A DNA stretch of 64,000 nt, from positions 42,532,001-42,596,000 of the forward strand of contig OZ024757.1 of the NCBI GenBank assembly GCA_964016885.1, read 5' to 3'. Shown here piece after piece: positions 29,469-44,521 of this stretch; positions within the stretch are counted from its first letter, which is position 1; each line of letters starts with the position of its first letter. The translations under genes were made by a program, and so were the position numbers. Under the pieces are notes generated by a model. It did no database searches. It saw nothing but the letters and a program-made list of their open reading frames with translations, and was not told the origin of the DNA. Source of the DNA: Eledone cirrhosa (Eukaryota).

Positions 29469-32400
29469 TGCAATGTTTGTCTCTGTGTGTGTGTATGTCC
29501 ACTCCCATAGCCCTCTTTTTTATGTTGCCACCACAATGCTAAATCAATGTCCTACTTCTCAACTTCCTCTCACTCTAACAACCTCTCTCATATTGTTACC
29601 ACCTCTTACTTTCACTCACCTGACTCTTATCTTTTTTATTATTTGTCTTTCCTTTCTCATTTGCTTTAAAATATGGAGTTTTTATTATTTCATACTGAAG
29701 AATTTTGGCTCATTTGTTCAAATCACGTTGCTGCTTTCTTGTGTGGTAGATTTAATCTGTTGCCAGGTTTAACACCATCACCAAGGACCTTGGGTGCCTT
29801 TTTGGCTATGTCCTCTTTGTTGTAAACATTTGGGTCAGGCCTCCAATTTGTGGATGCCTACCTCCTTCTCACTTCCCTGTCGTTCTCTCTCTCTCTCTGT
29901 CTGCAATGCACTGAGAATACCACAGCTCTTCCTTTCTTTATCAATTGGTAAAAGAAAAAGCCAAACAAAAACAAAAAAAAATATGATTTCAAGTAAAAAA
30001 AAAAAAGGGTGGGTGGGAAATATTTTGTTTAATAATACAAAGATATTTTAAAACATGTTATATTTGGGGAGGAGGATGTTGTCCTAACATTGCCAGAAAA
30101 TATAGTAAAACACACTCACTGTTTGGTTTGGTTTTTGTTTCAGTATATTTTTATATTTCTATAAATATTTTAACTGGAAATATTTATAGAAATATAAAAA
30201 TATTAGGACCACATGACCCTCCCCAAATATAACAATATCTATTTCAACACTTGATTTCATATTAAAAAAAAGAACTTGCAAAATAAATACATCGCCACTA
30301 TGTTAAAATTATTTTCAGTTTCTTTTAACCCCTTTTTCTTACAGTACCCCTTATAAAAGGTATTTCCTGTTATGTTTTTGTTTTGTTTTTCAAATAATTT
30401 GGAAGATAATTAACAATGTGGAAGGATTTAGTAACACAACTAACTTTTTCCATTATTAATCTGATGTTCGGAATATAACTTAACAAAGGTTCTTACATAA
30501 AATTACGATGGAAGGTTTTTATTAAAATGTGAACACTTTATAATAAACAACTTTGTATCATAGAAGCAGTTTCAGGGGGTTGGTATTGGAAGGGGTTAAT
30601 GGGTCTCAGTGAATCTGCATGTATTAGCTATATGACGTATTTATATATATATATACACACACACACACTCATAGATACATACATATACACACACATATTT
30701 ATATATACACACACATATTTATATATACACACACATATTTATATATACACACACATATATACATATACATACGTATATATATATATATATATATACACAA
30801 ACTCATAGATACATATGGAAGAACGGACGTAAAACGGTAATGATGATGATGATATATATACATATCATCATTGTCATCGTCATTTTCATGCCTGCTTTTC
30901 CATGCTAGCAGGGTCTTCTCGAAATGAGAGGACAAATATCTTCCATATTCTCGAAAGATGGTGATGTTGGCTTTCTACAGGAGTTAACCCACCCACCCTT
31001 AGTAACTAAATATAACACTTAATCTGATGCTCGACTGATTCTTTAACTTGTTATTATTGTTGATGTTGTTGTTATTGTTGTTGTCTATTCAGTTAATTAT
31101 TAATTACCTCCTCCCCCCACTACCCCCTCTTCATCTCACACCTTTATTGTACAAACACACACAAAAAAAACCCCACCCAAATATCTCTTACTGTTAACGA
31201 GTTAGGTGTCAGAGTTAATTAATTAATTTTACTTTAGTATACTTAACATAATTTATAACTGTTTATGTTATAATAATTGTTTCTACTTTTGTCACAAGGC
31301 CAGCAATTACCCCAGTACATTACTGGTACTTTATTGTATCAACTCTGTAAGGATGGAAGGTAAAGTTAACCACGGCGCGATTTGAACTGTTTATGTTACA
31401 ATAATAATAATAGTTGTTTCTTTTACGTTCTGAGTTCAAATCCTGCCAAGGTTAGCTTTGCCTTTCATCCTTTTTTACTGGGTCAATAAAAATAAAGTAC
31501 CAGTAATGCACTGGGGTCAATTTAATCGACTTTATCCTCCCCCACTAAAATTGTTGGCCTTGTGCCTAAAGTAGAAATCATTATTATTGCAGTTGCTAAT
31601 AATAATATTAATAATCTTTACTGTTTTTGTTGTTGTGTCACAATTTAATAATAATAATGATAATAATAATAATGATGCTAGTAGTGTAAACCAAAGAAGG
31701 CCATAGGATAGGAGAGATCATCACCATCACCATCACCACCATCATCATCATCACCATCACCATCATCACCATCACCATCATCACCATCATCATCATCATC
31801 ACCATCATCACCATCATCATTACCTTCATCATCTCATTATCAACGTTTAATATCTGTATTTCCCTGCCAGAATGCCCGAAGGGGCTAGACAGGTCATCAC
31901 AGACCAAGTCTACACTTTAATGGGAGCTACTGACAGGTTGGAGTGCCTGTATTTCATTTACCTATGTTCTTATACTTTACAGAGTGTACTGGGTGCATTT
32001 TAGCATCACAGCACCAGCACTAGGGAGAATGTTATTATATCCTTGACATAACTGAAGACCCCCTCCCTTGATCCTTTGTTTAACAAGTTCTCTATGGCTG
32101 AATCTCCCTTTCTAATGCCAAAGCTAGGACAATACTGAACACAACAAGCAGCTGAAGATGGCCAGAGGGTAAAACGACTGAAATGTGACTTGAATAATAC
32201 AGCATAAGGACACTTAGTTTGAATAAATCAGTTTTTAACAGCGATAGCTCCTCATCTCGGACATTCAGACAAAAGTAGGAGTAGTAGTTGTGGTGGTAGT
32301 TATGGAAGCAGTAGTAGTGGTGGTGGTTGTAGTAGACATTGTAGTAGTGGTAGTAGTACTAGTAGTAGTAGTGTTGATGGTTGTGATGGTAGTAGTAGTG

Positions 32401-32623
32401 GTAGTAGTATATAGTTACTTCTAAACTGCCCACTCCCTGTTTTGATTGTGTTTCGTTAGTTGGGTGTGTTGTGTCTTCTTAACAGCTCTCTCCCTCTATC
32501 TCTCTCTCTCTTTACACACACACACACACAACAGCTCTCTCTCTCTACACACACACACAACAGCTCTCTCTCTCTCTACACACACACAACAGCTCTCTCT
32601 CTCTCTACACACACACAACAGCT

Positions 32624-32660
<37 letters not shown>

Positions 32661-33595
32661 CACACACACGCAACAGCTCTCTCTGTTGATGGTTGTGATG
32701 GTAGTAGTAGTGGTAGTAGTATATAGTTACTTCTAAACTGCCCACTCCCTGTTTTGATTGTGTTTCGTTAGTTGGGTGTGTTGTGTCTTCTTAACAGCTC
32801 TCTCTCTCTCTCTCTCTCTCTCTCCACACACGCAACAGCTCTCTCTTTCTCTATACACACACACAACAGCTCTCTCTCTACACACACACACACACAGCTC
32901 TCTTTCTCTCTCTCTCTGCACACACACACACAACAGCTCTCTCTCTCTCTCTACACACACACAGCTCTCTTTCTCTCTACACACACAACAGCTCTCTCTC
33001 TCTACACACACAACAGCTCTCTCCCTCTCTCTACACACACAACAGCTCTCTCCCTCTCTCTACACACACAACAGCTCTCTCTCTCTACACATACACAACA
33101 GCTCTCTCTCTCTACACACACACAACAGCTCTCCTCTCTCCACATACACACACAACTTCTTTCCTCTCTGTATCTCTACATACACACATACACATGCATA
33201 CAATGACTGCTCTCCCATCCAAACACACACACACAACTGCCCCCGTCTCTCCCCTCACACACCCACAACGTAGCTTGAAATCTGTTAAATAATATGTTTT
33301 TCTAGGGAATTGTCGTAGTCATGGCTACAGTAGTTCTGGAGTGTATACTGCTGGCTGGTATGGTGGGACGTGTGGTACAGGTTACCCCTTCTATTTGTTA
33401 TGTCCTGATTGCCGAGCCTTCCATTTGGACATGTCTGGCAATGCTGGTGGCGGTGGTGGTGGTGCCGCTGCCAGTCACTCTCCCAGTACCGGTGGTGTGG
33501 CACCTGCTTGGAAATCTGCTCAGCTCCGGCAAACAGCTCCGGACTTCTTGTGCCCAGGGGGATCCGTGCATGAGGGTATGTGAAATCACTCACTT

Positions 33596-33629
<34 letters not shown>

Positions 33630-36600
33630 AAATTTTCTATTGAAAAAAATAATTAAGTAATTTGAAATATTAAAAAGTAATAATATCAAAAATTATTATC
33701 ATTATCAACATTATTATCATTATCAATAGTGGATTGGCAGTATCGGTAGAGGGTCGGACGCCATGCTTTCCAGCATAGTTACGTCCCTTTATGATCTGAG
33801 TTCAAATCCCGCCGAGGTTAACTTTGCCTTTCATCCTTACGGGGTCGATAAAATAAAGTACCAGTGATGCACTGGGTAATTGGTGGCCTTGTGCCTAAAG
33901 TAGAAACAATTATTATTATTTTTATTGTTATTTAATAAAGAAAGTATTATTATTATTGTTATTGTTATTATTATTATTATATTTATTGTTGTTATTCCAA
34001 TCATAAGAAGGGTCCCTAGAAGTGGTTGATAGCTTCTATCTAGGCTACATAATTAGCAATGGATTAGGGTGCTCTGAGAGCATAATTATGCTCTAGATTT
34101 AGGAAAGGATGGAAGAGGTTTAGGGAGCTATTTCCACTGTTGACAACAAAAGGTTTCTCCCGACACTCAAAAGAACGACTATGATTCCTGTGTGTGAAGT
34201 GCGATGCTGCATGGTAGTGAGCTGTGACAGCAGAGGACGTGTGTAGACTGGAGAGAAATGAAGCAACCATACTTCGTTGGATGTGCAATGTGTGTATATA
34301 TGTATATAGGAAGGGCATCCAGAAGTAGAAATCTTGCTAAACAAAGGTTTAGGAGGACCCCCTTAGCCATGTCAAGGACATCACAATGTCCTTGGTCTTA
34401 GTCACAACTGTATAATACACCCAGTACATGCTGTAAAGTGGTAGGTGATAGGAAGGGCATCCAGCCCTAGCTATCTTGCCAAACAAAGGGTTGGGAGGAC
34501 CCCTCAGTCACATCAAGGACCTGACAACCTGGCAACAATAGAAATATTTATTTAGTTTTATGTTTATTTGTTTTTTGTTTAACGTTTTCCAACACTATTG
34601 TTTGATGTTGTTGGCACCTTTTTGTTTGTTGTTTGGTATTTTATATTATACACCTGGAGAGGCAATCTGAAACATTTTCACCTGAAACCATCCCTGGTTT
34701 GTGTAGTGTACATGAGTGTGTATGGTGTGCTATGTGTGGGTTATACCTTGTGTGTGTATGTGATGTGCCGTGTGTGTGTGTGTGTGTTGCATATGTGCAT
34801 ATATGTGTCGTGTGTATATGTACATATGAATATATGTGTCTAACTGTTTTGATACCTAACCCACCTCAAACCACCCCTGGTTCTATGAATCACAATTGTT
34901 CAATAGAAAGTGTTTATATTTATGTAAAAACCTTCCATCATAATTTCATGTAACAACCTTTGTTATGTTATGTTCCAAACATCCCTGGTTCTATGATATA
35001 AAACTGTTCATTAGAAAGTGTTTATATTTATGTAAAAACCTGAGGGTTCTATGAGGGTTTAAATTTCAATATAAACACTTTAAAACAAACCTGGTCGTTT
35101 CACAGAACCAAGGGTTAAGCAAGAAGTTTTCTTTTTTTCTTTTGTTTTTCATTTAAAATATTTTTAAGGTTTATTTATTCTTTTCTTTGTTGTATTTTTT
35201 TTCCTTTCAGACGATGCCAACTTGATGAACAACGAGTCACCTCTGGAGAAAGTTCCGGTAAATGATAACGAGAAGCTCCTTCTCAGACTCGGTCTGTCGG
35301 AAAGACGTCCTGCTCCTGATGTTGTCCAGTTTTCAGAAGCTGACCCTCTTGGAGAGAAACTTGTAAGAAGTCATACCTCTGATGACCTGATAACATCACT
35401 GTGTAAGTCCTGTCCCCTACTTTGAGACGTACACTGTTGTCATTGGTAGCATTTAACGGTCATTTTCCCTGTATATATGTGTGTGTGTGTGTGTGAGTAC
35501 GGCTACACCCCTGACATGAGCAAAACCAAAAGTGGTGAAGGTCAACCACAGAGGGGTTCCTCCAACAGGAATGAGAAGGCCCTGGATTGGATATATATAT
35601 TTTTTCATTCAAATTTATACTTTGCTATGTATTGAGTACCTTATTTACTGTGGTTATCCCCGATTGAACCCGGGATACACACACACATATATATAGAGAC
35701 AAACACACTAACATTACCTAATTTCTGCACATGGCAGCTCCATTCAAACAATCGCTAGCAGATCAGAATGGTAGAAACTGGTACATTGGTCCTGGTAACT
35801 CCAATTCTCTACCTACATGAAGTCGTCTTCATCATTGATTAACGGATAAGTGTACAGTCTAATCAGTTAGGTTTGTATTTTAATAATACAGACTTAATTA
35901 GATTATTGAGTGAGAGACAACGACCGAAGCTGTGTCCATCCTATTTGATAAGCTTTGTTTCATAATTATGTGTGTTTGTGCCTAAATACACACACTCACA
36001 GGCACCACACATACAATCTCTCTGTAATAACTATTCCTGATCTATCTGTCCATTATATTTCAGCTGCAACTGCCCGTGCTGTGAAGAGTGTAAAGAACCT
36101 AAAGTCTCTCGGTGAACAAGCCGTCTGTCTAAGAACTCCCCATGAAAGACTGCTTGCCCTGCAACGTATAACATCAGCAATGCAGGTACTCCTTGCTAGG
36201 ACTATGGTCATGAAGGCCCTCGCACTCCTCAGTGATAGGTGAGTAGACTGTACTGACTGTGTGTTGTGTGTCATACATACACACCACCACCACACCACCA
36301 TCACCCACCACCACACCACCACACCACCATCACCCACCACCACACCACCACACCACCATCACCACCAACACCACCACCATCACCACCATCACCACCACCA
36401 TCACCACATCACTAGAACACCATCATACACACCACCATACCATCACTGTTATGTTATATAATGTCTAACGACCCTATCTCATCTTCCTCTTCTACCTCCT
36501 CTCCATTCTCTTCACAGTGGTCCATCCTGCAGCCTGTCAGCTGCCCTAGAAAACATTGGTCTCTCCGACATAATGCTGGTTGTTCGTCTAATGCAGTTCT

Positions 36601-36815
36601 GTGCCTCAGGTAAACTCGACATGTTTGCCTCATCGTTACATGTCACTGAGCCGGCGGAGTGTCTGTCCTACCTCAGTGCAGCCATCGGAGCCTTGGCACA
36701 GGAAAATCCACTTTCTCTCAAACAACTTGTTAAAGTCTGTTCACAGGTCAGTCTCTCTCTCTATCCCTCTCTATCTCTCTCTATATGTCTCTCTATCTCT
36801 CTATGCACATATATA

Positions 36816-36848
<33 letters not shown>

Positions 36849-39220
36849 TAATGTAATTTAAGATAATAAATTTAACTATGAAAATCAGCTAGTTGCCTCC
36901 CCTTACGCATTAACTCCCCTTAGTCACACACACACTTCCGGAATATACAATGTCTTCTCACACAACTAAAACATCCTGATCTATTAATCAAAGTAAGAAA
37001 CGACAAGATATGGTTTATAGCTTGACTCTCCAGACATCCAATGCTGAATCATCGTGGATTGTGTGATAGACCTGTAGTCTATATATTGCGTTTCATGGAT
37101 TGTGTGAGTGGTGATGTGTGCGAACACAGTGGTGCTGTTTTGCCTATTTTATAATATGTTTTGTGATATGTTTGATATTTTGGATATTTTGGTGTTTCTC
37201 TACATTCGGGATTGTATATCATACAGGTGTATGCGAAAAAATGATTTAACAATACGGCCCACATGATAATATTGATTGCCTGCTTTAACTGCCTGATTCT
37301 ACAAGTAACAATCTGCCGCACTCTAATCCTGTATAAATAAGACACGCGTGCATGCTACACGTGAGATTGTTTCATACACTGACTACTCTAAACTTTCCTC
37401 TTGCTTTATCTTCATAAACTGCCAATGTTTTATTTTCATTTTCATTTTCATTTTCATTTTCATCCTTTAACCTTTATATGTAAATTGCCATGCTATATCA
37501 TTATGATGGATGTCAACCCACTGTGGGTCAATATATGCATATGTTTTTATATGTCTCTTGTGTTGAAAAGGAGGTCAAGTATGTTATAGATCACTAAATA
37601 GTTGCTCCGAAGAATCCAAACCTCGGTTTGGAGGAAACAATTGTGAGCAAATAAATGATTTAAACTGAACTTTGATTATTGTAATCTATAAATATATATA
37701 TATACACATACAGGAGTTGCAACCAGTAGATAGTAACAGTAATTGATTTGATCGATCAATTGATTGATGTTATAATTACTTTGACAAAATATTTGTTAGA
37801 ATATTAAAAATTATTTTAATTCATTTTTCACATTTTAATTTTTTTTTTTTTTTTTTTTCTTTTCTTTTTTTAAACATTTCCCATATTCCAGGAATTAATG
37901 CAAGCCGCAACAGGTTGGAGTGCCAACCCCGATGTCCCTGCCCACCAAAAGCAATTACAGAATGCTGTAGTGCAAGAGAGAATGACTTCACCCAATTTTT
38001 CTGTCACCCAGGCACTGGTGTCTCTACTGGCCAGCCAAGGTTGGAGTAAGAAGTTGATGGCACAGAATGTTGCTGAAGAATTGAAAAGTTTGTTACACAA
38101 CACTCACATACTTTACTTTCGTCTCTCACATCTCTCTCTGTATATCTGTCTCTCTCTCTAATTCATTTCACACATCTCTACTTTCACCTGACACATCTCT
38201 CTCTTTCTCTCTACTTTCATCACACATCTCTGTCTCTCTTTCTCGCTCTCTCTCTACTTTCGTCACGCATCTCTCTCTGTCATTCTCCATAAATCTTCTT
38301 CAGATTCTTTCTTGTCAATAACTTTCCTTCCAGATGTCACATCTGTCTGTCATTCTCAATAAATGTTCTTCAGATCCTTACTTGTTGTCACTAACTATCC
38401 TTCCAGATGTCACATTTGTTTGTTATTCTCAATAACTATTCTTCCAGATGCTTCCCTGCAAGGCTCTGGTCAGTTTCTTCATGAGAGGATAACATCATTG
38501 ACCCTGACCGATGCTCTCGCTGCCTGTGTCATCTCCTCTTATGTCCCCCACCAACACCGTCAATGGGCCGCCAAGCAGCTGGTACGATCCATCTCGTCCC
38601 AGATACGGTCTACCTGCGATCACAATGAGAACATGGCTGATTTGGCACATGACCTTCCTAAATGTACCGTCACAAAACTGGAGGGCCACCAGGACAGGCT
38701 CGACTCTTCTGTGTGGAATGAAAAGAAGAACTTATTAGCTACAAGGTTAACCCACTTTATATTAGTAATTTTATTACTGTTCCTCTATCTGTTGCCCACT
38801 TATTAGCCCACTTTATATTAGTAATTTTATTACTGTTCCTCTATCTGTTGCCCACTTATTAGCCCACTTTATATTAGTAATTTTATTACTGTTCCTCTAT
38901 CTGTTGCCCACTTATTAGCCCACTTTATATTAACAATCTTTACTGTTGCCCACATATTTGTTGTTGCTGTTGTTAATTTATCTCCTCCACTTCTGTGTTT
39001 TCAGTGGTTTTGACGGCACCCTGCGTGTGTGGCACCTGCCCAATCGTACCCACCAATACCTGGAGCACACCTGTGTCTTCCAGAAGGAAGAAGGCAACTG
39101 TGAATCATACGTGCAGGAGTGTGCACCGGAGAACATCTGTTGGAACAGCACCGGCAGTTTGTTGGCTGCATCCCTCAACAATATCATGAACGTATGGGAG
39201 ATGTCAGGTAACGTTACTTT

Positions 39221-39292
<72 letters not shown>

Positions 39293-39606
39293 AATAATTG
39301 TTTCTACTTTTTGGCACAAGGCCAGCAATTACCCAGTGCATTACTGGTACTTTATTTTATCGACCCCCGTAAGGATGAAAGGCAAATAATGAATCAAAAC
39401 ATATCAAATATGTTTAGAATTTTGTGTTTCTCAATAAGCCAGCTCAATAGACTTTATCTAGAGCCATAATAACCTGTGTACATATTCTTCTATAGAATAT
39501 GTATTTGGTATATATACAATATACCGTGTTTCTTATATAATATATGGCTCTTTCTCTCTCTCTCTCTATATATATCTATATATATACATATATCTTTTTC
39601 ATTTGG

Positions 39607-39650
<44 letters not shown>

Positions 39651-40237
39651 TCATCATTTACCCATTTTTCCGTATATATATATATATATATCTAATTTCA
39701 GGTCAGAAGGGTTATGTGGATGTCAATCCACACTACATTACAGCTATGACATGGCCACAGAGCAAAGGTGTGGCCGAAGGTATCCACAAGAACAACATCG
39801 ATTCCCTCCTGATTGGTCGAGTCAACGGTTCCATCGCTGTGGTTGATGTCCAAGCAGATAACTCTTTCTGTCGTCTGGAGTTAGAACACTGTTATAGAAA
39901 AGGTTTGGCCCCTTATTTCTACTATTTATAGACATTGGCAGATAATGTGGTCACTATTTCTACCACTTATAGATATTAACAGATAACTGGGCTCTTTATT
40001 TCTACCACTTATAGACACTGACAATGTGGTCCCTATTTCTAATACTTACAGACAATGACATTGACTGGGCCCTTTATTTATACCACCTATAGACACTGAC
40101 ATAATGTGGCCCCTATTTCTACCACTTACAGACACTGACAGATGACTAGCAGGGGTCATGAGTGCAGGTTGACATTTGGTTGAGGGTGTTTACTGAGTGT
40201 TTTATGCACAGACTGGAGCAATAACAATCTTATATTT

Positions 40238-40321
<84 letters not shown>

Positions 40322-40689
40322 CTTTGCTTTACTCTTTAACTTGTACCTGCCCACACAGACTGTGGCCATGCTGGGGCACGACAGTGTTTGATGTTGTATT
40401 GTACTCTCTGCATTTCCTTATTTCTCCAGTGCCTGTAAAATGTCTCTCCTGGCCCAGCGAGGACAAAAGATTTGCTGTTGGCTTCTGTGATGGGACCCTC
40501 TCACTCTGTAGCAGAGTAGACTTCAAACAGCCCCTTACAGTTGATGCTTTTGATGTGAGTAACATAATTATTAATTATATCAGACGTTATTGATTAGCAT
40601 TTGTTAGTTTAGCTAATTGCTCTTGGTGCAATCAATGATTTTTGGAGATTAATTCACTTCTAAAATATATATATGTTTATCTCTCTCTT

Positions 40690-40724
<35 letters not shown>

Positions 40725-40753
40725 TTCGCTCTCTCTCTCTCTCTCTTTCGCTC

Positions 40754-40838
<85 letters not shown>

Positions 40839-43800
40839 ATATATATATAAAGAGCATATAGAGAGAAGTACACATAGGGATATGTGTCCAATCATAGGGG
40901 ATTTAAAACCGCCAGTGTGAAGAACATATTAACGACAGATCTTTAACGCCAGTTTGTAATTTTATATATATATAAAGTTCAATTCCTGGACCAGACAATG
41001 TTATATCCTTGAGCAAGACACTTTATTTCATGTTGCTCTTTCTGCCAGGAGTTGCGACTGGTGGATAATATAAGCAATGGAAACACTAATGGAAACCTTG
41101 TTTCCTTGGTTCGATTTGATGAGTTCCACTCTCCACCTCTTTCGATAAGTGAATGAGGTCTGAGATCTTGCCAATTGTTATATATTTTGTTCTTATTATA
41201 TTACAGACGGCCATTGAATGTATCAAGTACGATCCAACAGGTTTGTTGATTGGAAGTTTCGCCACCGATGATTCATGTGTGAAAATCTGGCACCACAAGA
41301 GAAAGTCCATCCAATGTGTTTACTCACTGAAACACAAGTGCAGTGTCTCTATGATAGAATGGTGTAAGATGGTTGGAGTTGGTGACGATAAAACTCTCAC
41401 CTTTGCTGTGTAAGTTACTCTCTCTCTCTCTCTCCTACTCTCTCTATTATATCTATATACACACTCTCTTACTTTCTCCCTTCCTTGTAATTAGCTGGGA
41501 AGTGATCATGTGTTGGACATTTTGAATGACACACTCACCATCATTTAACGTCCATTTTGTCGTGTTTGGTCCCTAACAGATTATGTAAATGGTGTTGATG
41601 ATGGTGATAGTGTGATGTTGATGAGGATGATGCTAGTGGTAATGATGGTGTTAATGAGGATTGTGACGATGATGATATTAGTGATGATGTTGATGTTAGT
41701 GGTGATGTTGATGATGGTGATTGCGTTAATGGTGATGAACTAACTAACCGAATGTCTTTCCTATTCCAGTGGCTGTGAAAATGGTTGCGTATATCTGTGG
41801 AATATAAGCCAGCCGTCTCCCCACGAAGCTTTCCTATCTCCGAACGTTTACGCCATGGAGTCTCAGGAGGAACTCTCCGAAGCCGCTTCAAACTGTCCCC
41901 CAGCGGAAGACACCCTCCCTGAACACCAGTCGAACAGCAACCTGAAGCCATTACATGTGTTTGTCGGACATATTTCTAAAGTAACATGCTTGGCATTCTC
42001 TCCCAGTGCGTTGATGCTCGCGACAGGCTGCCTGAAAGGCTGGCTGAATATTTGGTCACTGAGGGATGGCACGTTGCTACAGACCTACGTAGGAAACGGC
42101 CTTGTGCGCAGTTGTTGCTGGTATGAAGAACATTCACTGTCGGCTAATTTCGGTCATAGCAAGGACGTGTTCATATTCCACTACGTCTACCCATGTGACA
42201 CCGCTCACAAGAACCACGTGTTAGCTGCTGCCAGGAAGGCGTTGAAAATGCGAGCAATTACGGGACTGTGCAACACCCCTTGTCTAAGAATGCTCTTTCT
42301 ACAGCTCCCTACCATCTTACAAGAGCAGTATTTATATGAAAAACCAGTGACATTAAGTGGGGAACAACTCCTTCACAGCCAGTATCTTCAGAACTTGGTA
42401 TCACTAACAATTGGCTTGGGTCTTGATAACGTCCTCTGTTTCAACTCGGTGCCACCACATCATTGGTACAAGAACATCAAAGGTAAAGAACTGCTCTTTC
42501 TTTATTTTTTTTATGTATATGTCAATTTATCATGTGTATTGTGGTTGTGTTGGTGTCACAACAAAAAGCACCCAGTCCACACTGTAAAGTGATCAGAGTC
42601 ATGCTGGTGACAAGACAAAAAGCTCTCAGTCCATCCTGTAAATTAGTCATATTGGTGCCCAACAAAAAGGGCTGGTGACACCACAAAAAGCACCCAGTCC
42701 AGGCAGTGTTTTTCAACTGGTGTTCGCAGGAACCCTATGTTTCTGAAAGAGGTCGCTGGTGGTTCTGCGAGAAACAGTGATAAATAAGCTAAAAGAGATA
42801 GATATTAATAATGGTACATAATAATAATTTGTATGCGGGGGTTCCCTGAGACATGAAAACTATTTCAAGGGTTCCACAATGATAAAAATGTTGAGAAACG
42901 CTGTTTTAGAGAATTGGGGAAAAAATTGGTTTTGTTCTTTTGGTGGTTGTTATTGTTATTGTTGTTGTATTTCAGGTCGGTCATATGTTGCAGCTGAGTG
43001 GGAATGGTTACTCAATTATTCCACAGCAATAAAGTCTGCTACGGCGCTACACAGACGCTCCAAGTTACCAGCTACGTTTCCTTTACTTGGATATGAACCA
43101 CAACAGCTCCAAGATAATCCGGTGAGTCTGTGATTGTGCTAAAATAATGAATTTCTTTCGTTACCATATTTCTAATAAAAGACACTGTCTATGTCATTAA
43201 ACCTGTCATTACCATATTTCTAATGAAAGACACTGTCTATGTCATTAACCCTTTCATTACCATATTTCTAATGAAAGACACTACTTATGTCATAACCCTT
43301 TCATTACCATATTTCTAATGAGAGACACTGTCTATGTCATTAACCCTTTCATTACCATATTTCTAATGAAAGACATTGTCTATGTCTTTAACCCTTTATT
43401 TTATCAAGATTGATAAAATAAAGTACCAGTAACACACTAGGATTGATGTAATCAACTTTCCCCTCCCCCCAAATTGTTGGCCTTGTGTCTAAATCAGAAA
43501 CCATTATTATTAATATTATTATTATTATTATGAATATTTTCTTTATTTCTTTGTAATTTTCAGTCTGATGGATTCTGGGATTGCGCTAAAGATGCTCAAG
43601 TGATGGCCTGGGCCACACAGAAGCCAGAAGATTGGCAACTTGGTGGTAAATGTGAAGGTTACCTCTGGGGAAGTGGTCGACACGGTCAGATGTGTGAGGG
43701 GGGAAAATTTGCTCATGTTCCTACAAGAGTGCCGTCCTTTTCTTGTGCCCAGCAGGTAATGACAGCCACAGTATAGCTTCTCTGTATTTTATTTTAATTC

Positions 43801-44485
43801 AATTCATCTGTCTATTTGTTTGTCATGTTTGCCTTGAAGGAACAGGGGCCAGTGTAGAGTGGTGAGGACCCTTTAGTTTGGCAGTGGAAAAGTTGACCTC
43901 TCTAGTGTTGTTGACTCATTAAAACTCCCAACTTTACAATTGTGGGGTGAGACAAACACTCTAAATGGTGACCCTGTAGAGAGGTGAGGACCCCTTCAGT
44001 CTTGGAGTGGAAAAGAGGTCCTCCCTAGGGTTCACACATATACAAATGTCTAGAATCAATTTATTGATATATTCTACAGTGTTTCTTTATCTTACAAAAC
44101 AAACTCCTACAACTCCACCATGTGTTAAGGGCCTGATATGTTGAACAATGTTTTTATCTTACCAAATCCCTTCAAAACCTCTTCTAATGCCCTTCATTAT
44201 ATTTCAGATTATATGTGGTCAGAATTCCACATTTGTAATCCAAGCTAATGGCACTGTAATGGCCAGTGGTGAAGGTAGCTATGGTAGGTTAGGTCAAGGA
44301 AATTCTGATGATCTACACTCACTCACTGTCATCTCATCAATGCAAGGTACCCTCTCTTTCTATCTATCTATCTATCTATAAGTCTACCTATCTATCTTTT
44401 TTATCTATCTATCTATATATCTATCTGTCTACCTACCTATCTTCTCTTTCTATCTATCTCTACATATCTCTACATATCTCTATTT

Positions 44486-44521
<36 letters not shown>

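Noticed and set aside
32446-33273. ORFs rich in H/T/L/S, or Y/I elsewhere in the ORF track
   Set aside because: These are translations of (CA)n, (CT)n and (TA)n microsatellites.
35690-36050. Possible ribozyme-bearing insert (GAAACTGGTA; ATGATGAAG on the minus strand)
   Set aside because: Could not assemble a paired hammerhead with an intact core.
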